Shown here: one piece after another, positions 43,710 through 53,458 of the stretch
Layout of the letters: each line of letters starts with the position of its first letter
Numbering within the stretch: position 1 is the stretch's first letter
From: Algisphaera sp.
Lineage (GTDB): Bacteria; Planctomycetota; Phycisphaerae; Phycisphaerales; Phycisphaeraceae
Reading direction: 5' to 3'
Assembly: GCA_036480015.1 (NCBI GenBank)
Contig: JAZGFZ010000051.1
Coordinates: 2,319-66,318 of the forward strand
DNA length: 64,000 bases
Position numbers and translations under genes: made by a program
The notes under the pieces: generated by a model
Told to the model about the DNA's origin: nothing
The model's input: the letters and a program-made list of their open reading frames with translations, nothing else
The model's database searches: none

Positions 43710-45562
43710 GTACCTCCAGCCCCACTGAGCAGTCCAAAGTCTCCCAACGCAAAGCGGCTCGACGCAGCCGAACCGTTGAACCGCCTTCTTCACCCGACAC
43801 CAACGCCCTCACCCGAGGCCGCGATCGCGCCTTGCGCGTGGGCCGCATCACCCTCTCCATCGTCACCCTTTTTCTGGTGCTCTTACTCGCACGCGTCTTT
43901 CAACTCCAACTCCAACCGCCCGAGGCCGTGGGGGCCATGGTCGACAACCAAATTAGCCTGCGCCGCCTCGAAGCGCGCCGCGGCGCCATCGTCGATCGCC
44001 GCCACCGCGCCTTGGCCACCACCCGCGTCGCCCACCTACTCTTTGCCGACCCACACATCGTCAAAGACCCCAACACCTTCTCCGAACGCATTGGCTACCC
44101 ACTGGGTTACGAACCCGCCGCCATCGAACAACTCATGGCCAAACGTCGCGGCAGCCGCTACGTCGTCATCGACCCACACATGAGTGAAGAACGCTGGGAG
44201 AAATACCAAAACCTCGATCCCCTGCGCGGCCTGTCCACCCACCCCGTGTTGGTGCGCGACTACCCTCAAAACCACGTCGCCGGTCAATTGGTGGGCTTTG
44301 TAGGCCGTGAAAACAAAGGCCTCGACGGACTCGAACGCGCCTTGGACAAACGACTCACCGCCGACCCGGGCCAGCACGCCTTTGTTTACAACCGCAGCCG
44401 AAAACGCCTGTGGCTCGCCAACAAAAACTACCGCCTACAAGCCGATGCCCCCCCCGTCCGACTCAGCATCGACCTCAACCTGCAAGCCATCGCCGAAGAA
44501 GAAGTCTCCGCCGCCGTCATCGAATTTGGCGCCAAATCTGGCCAAGCCGTACTCATGGATCCCACCACAGGCGAAATTTTAGCCTTGGCCAACTATCCTT
44601 TTTTTGACCCCAACGACTTTTCCAAACTCAAAAAAGACAAAGCCCTCGCCCAAGCCCAACGCAACCGCGCCGCCACCGATATTTTTGAACCCGGCTCCAT
44701 CTTCAAACCCTTGGTGTGGGCCGCCGCCGTCGAAGCTGGCTACGCCGACCCCACCGAAATGATCGACTGCACTGAAAAAGGCTACTGGAAGCCCGAACGC
44801 GGCCCAGGCTTGCGCGACGCCCACCCCCACGGCCTCATCACCTGGGCCGACGTACTCAAAGTGTCTTCCAACATTGGCATGGCCGTGGTCGCCGAACGCA
44901 TGGGCAAACAACTGGTTCACGATGTGGTCAAAAGCTATGGCTTTGGCTCCACCACCCAGTCAGGCCTGCCTGGCGAAGTGGCCGGCCTGCTGCGCCCCGC
45001 CGCCAAATGGAGTTTTGCCGATGTCACCCGCGTGCCCATGGGCCAAGGCGTGGCCGTCACCGGAGTACAAATCACCCGTGCTTTTTGCGCGATTGCCAAC
45101 GACGGCATTCTTGTCAACCCCACCATCGAAGCCCGCGACCCCCAGAACAAAACCGCCCAACGACTCAACATCACCGCACGCGTGCTCAGCCCCCGCGTGG
45201 CCCAAGCCACCCGCCACGTCTTAGGCTTGGTCATCACCGAAGGCACCGGCCGCAAAGCCAGAAGCGACCTCTATCAACTGTTTGGAAAAACCGGCACCGC
45301 CCAATTACCCGATTTTAAAAACGGCGGCTACCACCAAGACCGCTACGTCTCCTCCTTTGTCGCGGGCGCCCCACTCGAACACCCCAAACTCATTGTGGGC
45401 GTTTTTGTTCACGACCCCGACAAAAAAATCGGCCACTACGGCGGCACCGTCAGCGGCCCCGCCAGCAAACGCATCCTCGAACGATCCCTGCAATACCTTG
45501 GGGTGCCCTCTGACATTGTTTCAGAAGAAGAAGAAGAAGAAGCAACTGACGGCAGCAACTAA
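43706..45562 (+). CDS. ftsI: Class B penicillin-binding protein (FtsI/PBP3-like)
   Basis: RGAIVDR, FEPGSIFK (SxxK), VSSNIG (SxN), GKTGTAQ (KTG). Confidence 0.85.
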   Translation: MSTSSPTEQSKVSQRKAARRSRTVEPPSSPDTNALTRGRDRALRVGRITLSIVTLFLVLLLARVFQLQLQPPEAVGAMVDNQISLRRLEARRGAIVDRRHRALATTRVAHLLFADPHIVKDPNTFSERIGYPLGYEPAAIEQLMAKRRGSRYVVIDPHMSEERWEKYQNLDPLRGLSTHPVLVRDYPQNHVAGQLVGFVGRENKGLDGLERALDKRLTADPGQHAFVYNRSRKRLWLANKNYRLQADAPPVRLSIDLNLQAIAEEEVSAAVIEFGAKSGQAVLMDPTTGEILALANYPFFDPNDFSKLKKDKALAQAQRNRAATDIFEPGSIFKPLVWAAAVEAGYADPTEMIDCTEKGYWKPERGPGLRDAHPHGLITWADVLKVSSNIGMAVVAERMGKQLVHDVVKSYGFGSTTQSGLPGEVAGLLRPAAKWSFADVTRVPMGQGVAVTGVQITRAFCAIANDGILVNPTIEARDPQNKTAQRLNITARVLSPRVAQATRHVLGLVITEGTGRKARSDLYQLFGKTGTAQLPDFKNGGYHQDRYVSSFVAGAPLEHPKLIVGVFVHDPDKKIGHYGGTVSGPASKRILERSLQYLGVPSDIVSEEEEEEATDGSN

Positions 45563-45804
45563 AGAACAGCCCTGAAATAACATCCCTAATTCAGGCCCCC
45601 TCAAAGCCAGCGGTGTCATCTCCGGCCAACTCTCCACGTCAATCCCCGCGCAGGCGGGGATCCAGCTGTGCGAGCCTAAATTTCCGCCTACGCGTACAAA
45701 TCTGGGTTCCCGCCTACGCGGGAATGACGGAGGGCGGCGTCGGCCATGACGGGCAAAAAGGCGTGAACGGTGACAAAAAAGGGATGTTATTTCAGGACTG
45801 TTCC
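45563..45804. mobile_element. MITE-like element, 24-bp imperfect TIRs, TAA flanks
   Basis: AGAACAGCCCTGAAATAACATCCC / GGGATGTTATTTCAGGACTGTTCC (22/24); TAA at 45560-45562 and 45805-45807. Confidence 0.7.
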
Positions 45805-45862
45805 TAAATGCCTCCGCCTTGGCGTAACCATCCCAACACGCCCCCACCACCACAACTTATTC

Positions 45863-46600
45863 TCAATCGCCACGTCGAAAAACAGCAATGCCTCGCCTGC
45901 GACGAACTTCCCAAACGGCCGTCACCTCGATACCCAAATCTTGCGCAATGGCCGCATCCGTTTCACGCCCCAGACGAGCAATCACTTCAGGCGTCCAACG
46001 TTCGGCCAGAATGACACCCCGAAACGAAGGAATGCCTCGGCTGCGCCGTTCGGTACCCAACGTTCGGCGTGTCACCTGCAGCTTGGCGGCCAATTCACGA
46101 TCCGGCATCGTGCCCATCAATGCAATTTCGCGCGGCTTCCACACCCGACCACGCGCGCCACGGCCAGGGTTTGCAGCCGCGATACCAAGGGTCACACGCT
46201 TGTCATGTACCGTCGTGTTCGCAAGGCCCAGCTTCCCCGCAAGCTTCGCATCAGACACAACACCCAATTTTTTCAACTGAGCCGCCGTCCAACGATGAGA
46301 CACCGTCTTACCCGATAGGCCACACGCAATGCCCAGCTTTTCCCGACGCTTCACAACCGTATTGCGCGACACACCCCACTTGCGAGCCAATTCAGGATCA
46401 GGGATTTTGCCCAACTTGGCGTCACGCAATTTACTCCAACGCACACGCTTGACAGGAGCACTAAACGCCGCAATTCCAAGCTTTCGACGACGCGTTGAAA
46501 CATTCCACGCAACCACCCCCAATCGCTCCGCCACTTCACGATCCGAAGCCTTCCCCAACCGCCGATCCATCGCCACAGTCCATTTAATCGTTGTTCCCAT
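45863..46600 (-). CDS. Five-repeat HTH-like basic protein, paralog 1
   Basis: Five copies of W-x7-LG-x3-D-x2-LA-x2-LG-x6-V-x3-R-x2-LGI. Confidence 0.75.
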   Translation of the reverse strand: MGTTIKWTVAMDRRLGKASDREVAERLGVVAWNVSTRRRKLGIAAFSAPVKRVRWSKLRDAKLGKIPDPELARKWGVSRNTVVKRREKLGIACGLSGKTVSHRWTAAQLKKLGVVSDAKLAGKLGLANTTVHDKRVTLGIAAANPGRGARGRVWKPREIALMGTMPDRELAAKLQVTRRTLGTERRSRGIPSFRGVILAERWTPEVIARLGRETDAAIAQDLGIEVTAVWEVRRRRGIAVFRRGD

Positions 46601-46785
46601 CCATAAAGCGTACCTACTTTAAAGTGGATCAGCCCATTGCGCACCCCAAAAAAAGCCACTTGTAAACGGCCACCGCTTTGTCATCGCTTCATTTCAAGGC
46701 GACGCGTTCTGCTCGCTTGCGAACCCCAGTGCAGCATCAAGCCTAAATCCTCAGGCAAATTGCGACGGGACACGCCCCCCCTGTC

Positions 46786-47523
46786 TCAATTGCCGTATCC
46801 AAAAGCAGCAATGCCCCGATTGCGGCGAACCTCCCAAACCACCGTCATGTCGATCCCCAAATCAAGCGCAATGGCCGCGTCCGTCTCACGTCCCAGACGC
46901 GCGATCACTTTAGGCGTCCAACGTTTGGTCTGAATCGCACCACGAAACGAAGGAATGCCTCGGCTGCGCCGTTCGTTACCCAGCGTTCGGCGTGTCACCT
47001 TCAGCTTGGCTGCCAATTCACGATCCGGCATCGTGCCCAAAAGTGCAATTTCGCGAGCCTTCCACACCCGACCACGCCCCCCGCGATTGGGATTTGCAAC
47101 CGCAATGCCAAGCGTCACACGCTTGTCATGCACTGTGGTGTTCGCAAGGCCCAGCTTGCCAGCAAGCTTCACATCAGACACAACACCCAGCTTTTTTAAC
47201 TGCGCCGCCGTCCAGCGATAAGGTGGCGTTTTGCCCGACTCGCCACACGCAATACCCAGTTTTTCACGACGTCGACGCACCGCATTACGCGACACACCCC
47301 ACTTGCGAGCCAATTCAGGATCAGGGATTTTGCCCAACTTGGCGTCACGCAATTTGCTCCAACGCACACGCTTGGCAGGAGTACTAAACGCCGCAATTCC
47401 AAGCTTTCGACGACGCGTCGACACATTCCACACCGCCACCCCCAAACGTTCCCCCACTTCACGATCCGAAGCCTTCCCCAGCCGTCGATCCATCGCCGCA
47501 GTCCATTTAATCGTTGTTCCCAT
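46786..47523 (-). CDS. Five-repeat HTH-like basic protein, paralog 2
   Basis: Colinear close paralog of 45863-46600; start set at MGTTIKW. Confidence 0.75.
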   Translation of the reverse strand: MGTTIKWTAAMDRRLGKASDREVGERLGVAVWNVSTRRRKLGIAAFSTPAKRVRWSKLRDAKLGKIPDPELARKWGVSRNAVRRRREKLGIACGESGKTPPYRWTAAQLKKLGVVSDVKLAGKLGLANTTVHDKRVTLGIAVANPNRGGRGRVWKAREIALLGTMPDRELAAKLKVTRRTLGNERRSRGIPSFRGAIQTKRWTPKVIARLGRETDAAIALDLGIDMTVVWEVRRNRGIAAFGYGN

Positions 47524-47588
47524 CCACAAAGGGTACTCTTTTCTAGAACAACGCCTCATCCCTTCCTCTATACCCTAACAAAAAAACC

Positions 47589-48986
47589 ATGACCTTCTGG
47601 CCCCTGCTTCTCGAAATCGCCCTCATCGGAGGCTATGTTCTCGCAGGGCTGGGGCTCATCGACATGCTGCGTCATCGGCGCAGCCCAGGCAGCACCATGG
47701 CGTGGCTCATTGTGTTCATCGGCCTGCCTTACCTTGGAACGGGTGCCTACCTGTTTTTTGGCCGCCGAAAGTCATCCACCCTGCGCACACAGCGCATACG
47801 CCCTGCGCCATGCACCAATCACAACACCCATGACACCTCGCCAATTGGTTTTGCACGCGTCCTCACCCACTACGGCGCCAACTCACCCACCACACAAAAC
47901 CACGTGTCTTTGTGCCGCGACGGCCAACAAGGTCTCGCCACCCTGCTCGCACTCATCGACGGCGCCAAACACCGCCTCTGGCTCGAAACCTTTATCTTTG
48001 CCGACGACCCCACAGGCCAAACTGTTCGTGACCACCTTGCCGCCCGCGCCGCCGCAGGCGTCGACGTTCGGGTGCTCATCGACGGACTGGGTTCGTTCAA
48101 AACAAGCACCCTCTTTTTCACACCACTTATCGAAGCCGGCGGCCATCTGGCCACCTTCAAACCCGTACTCACTCTGCCGTTTCACCTCAAAACCAATCTA
48201 CGCAACCACCGCAAACTGGTGGTGGCCGACGGCGTGCACTCCTTCGCAGGCGGCATGAACATCACCCACGCAGACCTGTTCTCCGCAACCACCGCCAACA
48301 CATGGCAAGACGTATCACTGCACATCAAGGGGCCCGCCGCCGCAGACCTTGAAGCCACCTTCATTCGCGACTGGCAATACGCCACCGGCGACACTCTAAG
48401 CACCACACCCTGCGAAACCCACACGCCTGCTGCTTCGCCTGATGTCAGCAACCAAGTTGTGCAACTACTCACCACCGGCCCCGACACCGCCAACGATCCC
48501 CTTTACGCCGCCAGCCTCACCGCCATTCATCGCGCCACCGATCGCATTTGGCTTACCACCCCCTACTTTGTACCCAACGAAGCCCTCGCCGACGCACTCA
48601 CCTTCGCCGCCCACCGGGGCGTCGATGTACGCATCCTCATCCCACGCCGATCCAACCACCCGCTCACCGACTTCGCAGGCGCCGCATTGCTACGCGACAT
48701 CCACAAAGCTGGCGCCCGCGTGCTGCGTTACCGCCCCGGCATGATGCACGCCAAAACCATGCTCATCGACCACACCTTTGCCGCCGTGGGTTCAGCCAAC
48801 TTCGATTACCGAAGCTTGTTTTTAAACTACGAACTCATGCAGTTTTGTTACGACCCACTCACCCTCGACTCCCTCGCCGATTGGTTCACCCAACTGTCAC
48901 AACAATGCGACGACGACCTGCCCAATCCAAGCCTCATCCGCCAACTCGCCGAAGGCGTCGTCCGTGCCATCGCCCCCATGTTTTAG
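47589..48986 (+). CDS. cls: Cardiolipin synthase-like phospholipase D
   Basis: Two TMs, RNHRKLVVAD and MHAKTMLID HKD motifs, GSANFDYRS. Confidence 0.88.
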   Translation: MTFWPLLLEIALIGGYVLAGLGLIDMLRHRRSPGSTMAWLIVFIGLPYLGTGAYLFFGRRKSSTLRTQRIRPAPCTNHNTHDTSPIGFARVLTHYGANSPTTQNHVSLCRDGQQGLATLLALIDGAKHRLWLETFIFADDPTGQTVRDHLAARAAAGVDVRVLIDGLGSFKTSTLFFTPLIEAGGHLATFKPVLTLPFHLKTNLRNHRKLVVADGVHSFAGGMNITHADLFSATTANTWQDVSLHIKGPAAADLEATFIRDWQYATGDTLSTTPCETHTPAASPDVSNQVVQLLTTGPDTANDPLYAASLTAIHRATDRIWLTTPYFVPNEALADALTFAAHRGVDVRILIPRRSNHPLTDFAGAALLRDIHKAGARVLRYRPGMMHAKTMLIDHTFAAVGSANFDYRSLFLNYELMQFCYDPLTLDSLADWFTQLSQQCDDDLPNPSLIRQLAEGVVRAIAPMF

Positions 48987-49133
48987 GTTCCTCCGGGGGA
49001 AAAAGGCTCTTCCGGGTTTGTAGTGGGCACCCCCCATCCCCCCTATTTTCACAAAATGGTGTCAGGAGCCTTTTTTCAAGAGTTTTCCCTCGTTTTTTCT
49101 GGTTCCTACTCACAGGTGAGTTAGGTTCAGAAT

Positions 49134-50015
49134 ATGGCATCTCAAACGATTCTCCCTTTAAAACAACGCATCCCCCGCTTCAAACGCTCGGCCTTCACAC
49201 TTATCGATCTTTTGGTGGTCCTTTCAATCATTGCGTTGCTCGTGGGTATTTTGCTTCCGGCACTGGGCCGCGCTCGCGATGCAGCCAAGTCAACGGTTTG
49301 CTTAAGCCACTTACGAACCCTCGGGCAAGCCATGGGCATGTATCACGTCGACCATCGAATGACCTACCCACAACCTGGGCAAGAAAGCGGCTTTGGAACC
49401 AACGCCGCCGCCAAACGCTTGGCCGGAAAAATGCTTTGGTTCAACGCCCTTGATTATTACGTGCAACAATCCGCCAAAAACTACTCTTCAGGCCATGCCG
49501 ACCAACGCAATTTCAACGCTTTCAAACAAGATCCTGCATGGAGCAATCTTCCTTCAGCAGTGTCCACATCGTCGGGCATGGTGGTGCTTGATCCCGAAAA
49601 AATCCGAACCCTCAAAATGAACGAATACTTCGGCTATCTCAGTTCAGCCACCACACCTTCATCATTGAGTGGAAATCCCATCAAGTTCTTCCGCCTCACC
49701 GCCCTTGATTTGCCTTCAAAAACCGTTCTTTTTATCGATGGTCGCGGTCATGACACCCAGTCACTCACCACCGGCCATGTGGACTACGCCGCAACCACAG
49801 GAGGCGGCAGCGGACTTTTTTATGCCCGTGAAGCCTATGTCGCGCCGCGTCACCAAGGCGGCGCCAATGCCGCACATGCAGATGGCGCTGCCGCGTTTCA
49901 TCTCAATCCCGTCAAACAAGCCCCCAGCTCGGGATACCCCTGTTGGTACAACGACGACGATTCGAATCTTGATCGCCGCCCCGACTTGTTTTTCAACTTC
50001 GACCGCCGATCTTAA
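49134..50015 (+). CDS. Prepilin-type N-terminal cleavage protein with C-terminal H-X9-DG motif (planctomycete family)
   Basis: AFTLIDLLVVLSIIALLVGILLPALGRAR...CLSHLR; RHQGGANAAHADG. Confidence 0.85.
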   Translation: MASQTILPLKQRIPRFKRSAFTLIDLLVVLSIIALLVGILLPALGRARDAAKSTVCLSHLRTLGQAMGMYHVDHRMTYPQPGQESGFGTNAAAKRLAGKMLWFNALDYYVQQSAKNYSSGHADQRNFNAFKQDPAWSNLPSAVSTSSGMVVLDPEKIRTLKMNEYFGYLSSATTPSSLSGNPIKFFRLTALDLPSKTVLFIDGRGHDTQSLTTGHVDYAATTGGGSGLFYAREAYVAPRHQGGANAAHADGAAAFHLNPVKQAPSSGYPCWYNDDDSNLDRRPDLFFNFDRRS

Positions 50016-50021
50016 ACCGTT

Positions 50022-51584
50022 TCACACGCCATACAACGGCTTTAGTTTCAACTCCAAATGCCGCATAAGCGGCTCGCTGCTCAATGGCTTACCCGTCACT
50101 TTTTCGCAGAGCGCCGCGCTGCCATAGGTTTGCCCATAAGCATGAACATTCTCGCGCAACCAACCCAACAACGGCGCAAATTCACCCGCCGCAAACTGCG
50201 CGTTCACCGCATCGGTTCCCCCCAGCGTCTCACATGCTGCTTCAAATAGTTGCGCCGAATACAAATTGCCCATCGTGTACGTGGGAAAATAACCCAACGC
50301 CCCCATCGACCAATGAATATCCTGCAAGCAGCCCTGCGCATCATTGGGCACGGTCACCCCCAAGTCGCGTTGATACGCCTCATTCCAAGCACCCGGCAAG
50401 TCGGCCACCGCCAAGTCTCCGCTTAGCAACGCCCGTTCCAATTCAAAACGAACCATGATGTGCAGGTTGTAAGTGGCTTCATCGGCCTCCACCCGAATCA
50501 GCCCCGGCTCCACACGATTGGCAGCACCGTACACCGTTTCACAATCAAAACCCGCCACCGCCGAATCAAAATGCGCCTTTAATTTGGGGTGGGCCCATTG
50601 CCAAAATGCCGCACTACGTCCCACCTGATTTTCCCACAGTCGCGACTGACTTTCATGAATCGACAACCCCACCGCATACCCGCGTGGCGTGTTGGCATGT
50701 TCTGCCGGCAAACCTTGCTCATACATGCCGTGGCCCACCTCGTGCATGGTCGATCCCAACGCATCATTCACATTGTCGTCGGCAAAACGCGTGGTCAGCC
50801 GCACATCCCCCGGGCAAGCCCCCGAACAAAACGGATGCGACGACACGTCCAAACGCCCACACGAAAAATCAAAACCAATCGCCTTTGCCACCTCACGCAC
50901 AAAAGCCTCTTGTCCGTCACGCGGCAATTTCAACTGATGGAATGCGTCCGATGGTCCGCTCCCTGCTTTGCCCAAACGCCCCAGCAAGTCGACCAATTGT
51001 TTACGCAATGGAGCAAACACCCCCGCCACCTGCGCTGCGGTCATTCCCGACTCATACCCCTCAGCCAACGCGTCCCAGCGCTCACCATTTTCAGGCACAC
51101 CGTAAGCATCTGCCTCTTCACGACACAACTTCACAATTGTTTCAAACTTGGGCGCAAACATTGCAAAATCGCCCTTGCCCCCATTCGCGGCCCGGGCTTG
51201 AGCCCACGCGGCCTTGCCCGCACTGGTTGCTCGGCTCATCGCCATCACCAATGTGGCAGGCAACTTGGTCGATCGGTCATATCCATGCCGCCACCACCGC
51301 ACGTTCACCGCCGCAATCGATGTTGAGTCCGCCATCAATGCCGCGTCTTTTTCGCATGCGTTCAACCACGCCCCCACACGCGAATCAGTCGCTTGGGCAT
51401 GGGTCACCCCCGCCAATTCCGCCAACTGAGCACTGCGTTGCTCCAACCCGCCCTCGGGCATCATCACTTCTTGATCCCACCCCAACACCGACCCCGCCGA
51501 CCCCAACACCGCATTGGATCGCTGGTGCTCAAGCAAGCGGGTGTAATCAGGCAACGCAACAGCAGAGGGAGAAGGATTGGGCAT
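50022..51584 (-). CDS. M32 family metallocarboxypeptidase
   Basis: HPF, DVRLTT, HEVGH (HExxH), HESQ, IRVEAD, GCLQDIHW, GYFPTY. Confidence 0.93.
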   Translation of the reverse strand: MPNPSPSAVALPDYTRLLEHQRSNAVLGSAGSVLGWDQEVMMPEGGLEQRSAQLAELAGVTHAQATDSRVGAWLNACEKDAALMADSTSIAAVNVRWWRHGYDRSTKLPATLVMAMSRATSAGKAAWAQARAANGGKGDFAMFAPKFETIVKLCREEADAYGVPENGERWDALAEGYESGMTAAQVAGVFAPLRKQLVDLLGRLGKAGSGPSDAFHQLKLPRDGQEAFVREVAKAIGFDFSCGRLDVSSHPFCSGACPGDVRLTTRFADDNVNDALGSTMHEVGHGMYEQGLPAEHANTPRGYAVGLSIHESQSRLWENQVGRSAAFWQWAHPKLKAHFDSAVAGFDCETVYGAANRVEPGLIRVEADEATYNLHIMVRFELERALLSGDLAVADLPGAWNEAYQRDLGVTVPNDAQGCLQDIHWSMGALGYFPTYTMGNLYSAQLFEAACETLGGTDAVNAQFAAGEFAPLLGWLRENVHAYGQTYGSAALCEKVTGKPLSSEPLMRHLELKLKPLYGV

Positions 51585-51704
51585 GCCACAAATTGTAGAA
51601 AAACCTCACACACCTAGCCAGAGGCCAAACATCATCATCTTGCAGTCCAAGAAGACCATCAGCCGATAAAAAGGCCAACCGACCGCCATCCACCGTGGCC
51701 TTGC

Positions 51705-52067
51705 ATGATGAAACTCACCTCAGCCCCTACTTTCCGCACCCAACCCCGCCTCGCAGGCGAACGCCGCCGCCACCCGCGTACCGCCTTGGCCCGACCTGCC
51801 GCGGTGCGCCACCCCCATCGCAATCAAACCCTCCAAGCCAAAACCGTCGATCTTTCACCCGGCGGCTGCCGCCTGATCCTCGATGCCGCCCCCCTCATCG
51901 AGCCGGGCCAAATCCTCAAAATAGCCATCGCCACCCTCCCCGGCTCTGGCATCGTCCGCCCCCAAGATTTTGTTGAAGCCCGCGTCATTCGCCGCGTGCG
52001 CCGTGGCATTCGCCAGCAAATCGCCGTGTCCTACATCACCGTGCGTCCCCTCGCCGCCGCTAGCTAA
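51705..52067 (+). CDS. PilZ-domain protein
   Basis: ERRRHPR (RxxxR) and DLSPGG (DxSxxG). Confidence 0.78.
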   Translation: MMKLTSAPTFRTQPRLAGERRRHPRTALARPAAVRHPHRNQTLQAKTVDLSPGGCRLILDAAPLIEPGQILKIAIATLPGSGIVRPQDFVEARVIRRVRRGIRQQIAVSYITVRPLAAAS

Positions 52068-52198
52068 ACAAAACACGCCCTGCCCGCTTGCCTCCATTGC
52101 CTCAAACGCCCCCCGGCGTCCCTATCACGTACCCTTTGTTTTATTCCACCTCCCTTGCTTGTGCCTAGCAAGCTCATGCCTAGCGTCTAAACAACCCC

Positions 52199-53383
52199 AT
52201 GCCCTCCCTCCCGCACTTTTTCGATCACACCCCCGATTCACTCGCCGAACTTTTTGGCGAGTGGGATCTTCCTCGCTACCGCGCCAAACAAGTCTTCGAC
52301 TGGGTCTATGCCAAAGGCATTGCCGACCCCACGCTCATGACCAACCTCAGCCAGCGAGACCGCAATTTACTCGCCGAAAAAATGTGCTTCCTCACGGGAG
52401 AAGTCATTCGTCACCAACGCGCCACCGATGGCACCCAAAAACTGCTTGTCGATTGGTCACAATCCAAACACACCCCCGCTTCCAACGATCCCACCACCTC
52501 GCTACCGGTTTTACCCGCCGATCCAAAAAGTTGCGGCGACCGCGATCCTGAAAACCATACAACCCTCACCAACGAATCAGAATGGTACGCAGGCAACCGC
52601 ACTGAATGCGTCATGATCCCCAGCGATCAAGATCCTTCAGGACGTCCCCGCCGCACCGCCTGCATTTCCAGCCAAGTGGGTTGCCCGGTGGGCTGCAAAT
52701 TTTGCGCCTCCGGCTTGGGCGGGCTCGACGGCAATCTCACCACCGGACAAATCGTCCAGCAAGCTTGGCAACTGGCTCATCTTCCCAACGTTGGGCGGCT
52801 CAGCAACATCGTTTTCATGGGCATGGGCGAACCCATGGCCAACCTTAAAAATGTTTTGCCTGCCCTTCAAACCCTTGCCGCCGACTGGGGCTTGGGCCTA
52901 AGCGCCCGCAAAATCACCGTCAGCACCGTGGGCGTTCCAGCAGGCATTCGCAAACTTGCCCAACTCGACCTGCCTGTCACATTGGCCATCAGCCTGCATG
53001 CCCCCAACGATGAACTTCGCAAAGAAATCATCCCTTGGGCCAGCTTTGTCAGCATTCAAGATCTTCTCGACGCAGGCCGCGACTACTTCAACGCCACCGG
53101 CCGCGAAATCACCCTCGAATACATTTTACTTTCAGGCGTCAACGACCAACCGCAACACGCCCATGAACTTGCCGCGGTTGCACGCAAACTCCGCTGCAAC
53201 GTCAACCTCATTCGTTACAACGAAGTGACTGGCCTACCGTACAAACGCCCCGCCGATGCCGACGTACGCGGCTTTCGTGGTGTGCTCGACAACGCCGGCA
53301 TCAACGTACACATTCGCGCCAGCCGAGGCCGAGACATCGCCGCCGCTTGCGGCCAACTGCGACACGAAGCCGCAGGCAATTAA
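52199..53383 (+). CDS. rlmN: Dual-specificity RNA methyltransferase RlmN
   Basis: CISSQVGCPVGCKFC, MGMGEP, SLHAPND, AACGQL. Confidence 0.94.
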   Translation: MPSLPHFFDHTPDSLAELFGEWDLPRYRAKQVFDWVYAKGIADPTLMTNLSQRDRNLLAEKMCFLTGEVIRHQRATDGTQKLLVDWSQSKHTPASNDPTTSLPVLPADPKSCGDRDPENHTTLTNESEWYAGNRTECVMIPSDQDPSGRPRRTACISSQVGCPVGCKFCASGLGGLDGNLTTGQIVQQAWQLAHLPNVGRLSNIVFMGMGEPMANLKNVLPALQTLAADWGLGLSARKITVSTVGVPAGIRKLAQLDLPVTLAISLHAPNDELRKEIIPWASFVSIQDLLDAGRDYFNATGREITLEYILLSGVNDQPQHAHELAAVARKLRCNVNLIRYNEVTGLPYKRPADADVRGFRGVLDNAGINVHIRASRGRDIAAACGQLRHEAAGN

Positions 53384-53399
53384 CCGCCAAGCCACTTCA

Positions 53400-53429
53400 C
53401 AAAAAAACGCCCCCGTATCTCGGGGGCGT
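53400..53429 (-). terminator. Intrinsic terminator
   Basis: ACGCCCCCG-TATCT-CGGGGGCGT with A-run on the left (U-tract on the minus strand). Confidence 0.7.
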
Positions 53430-53458
53430 CAACAAACATCACTTGACTATTTTCACAC

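Noticed and set aside
45863-47523. Paralog pair as a DGR template/variable repeat
   Set aside because: Both are full ORFs and the differences are not confined to adenine positions.
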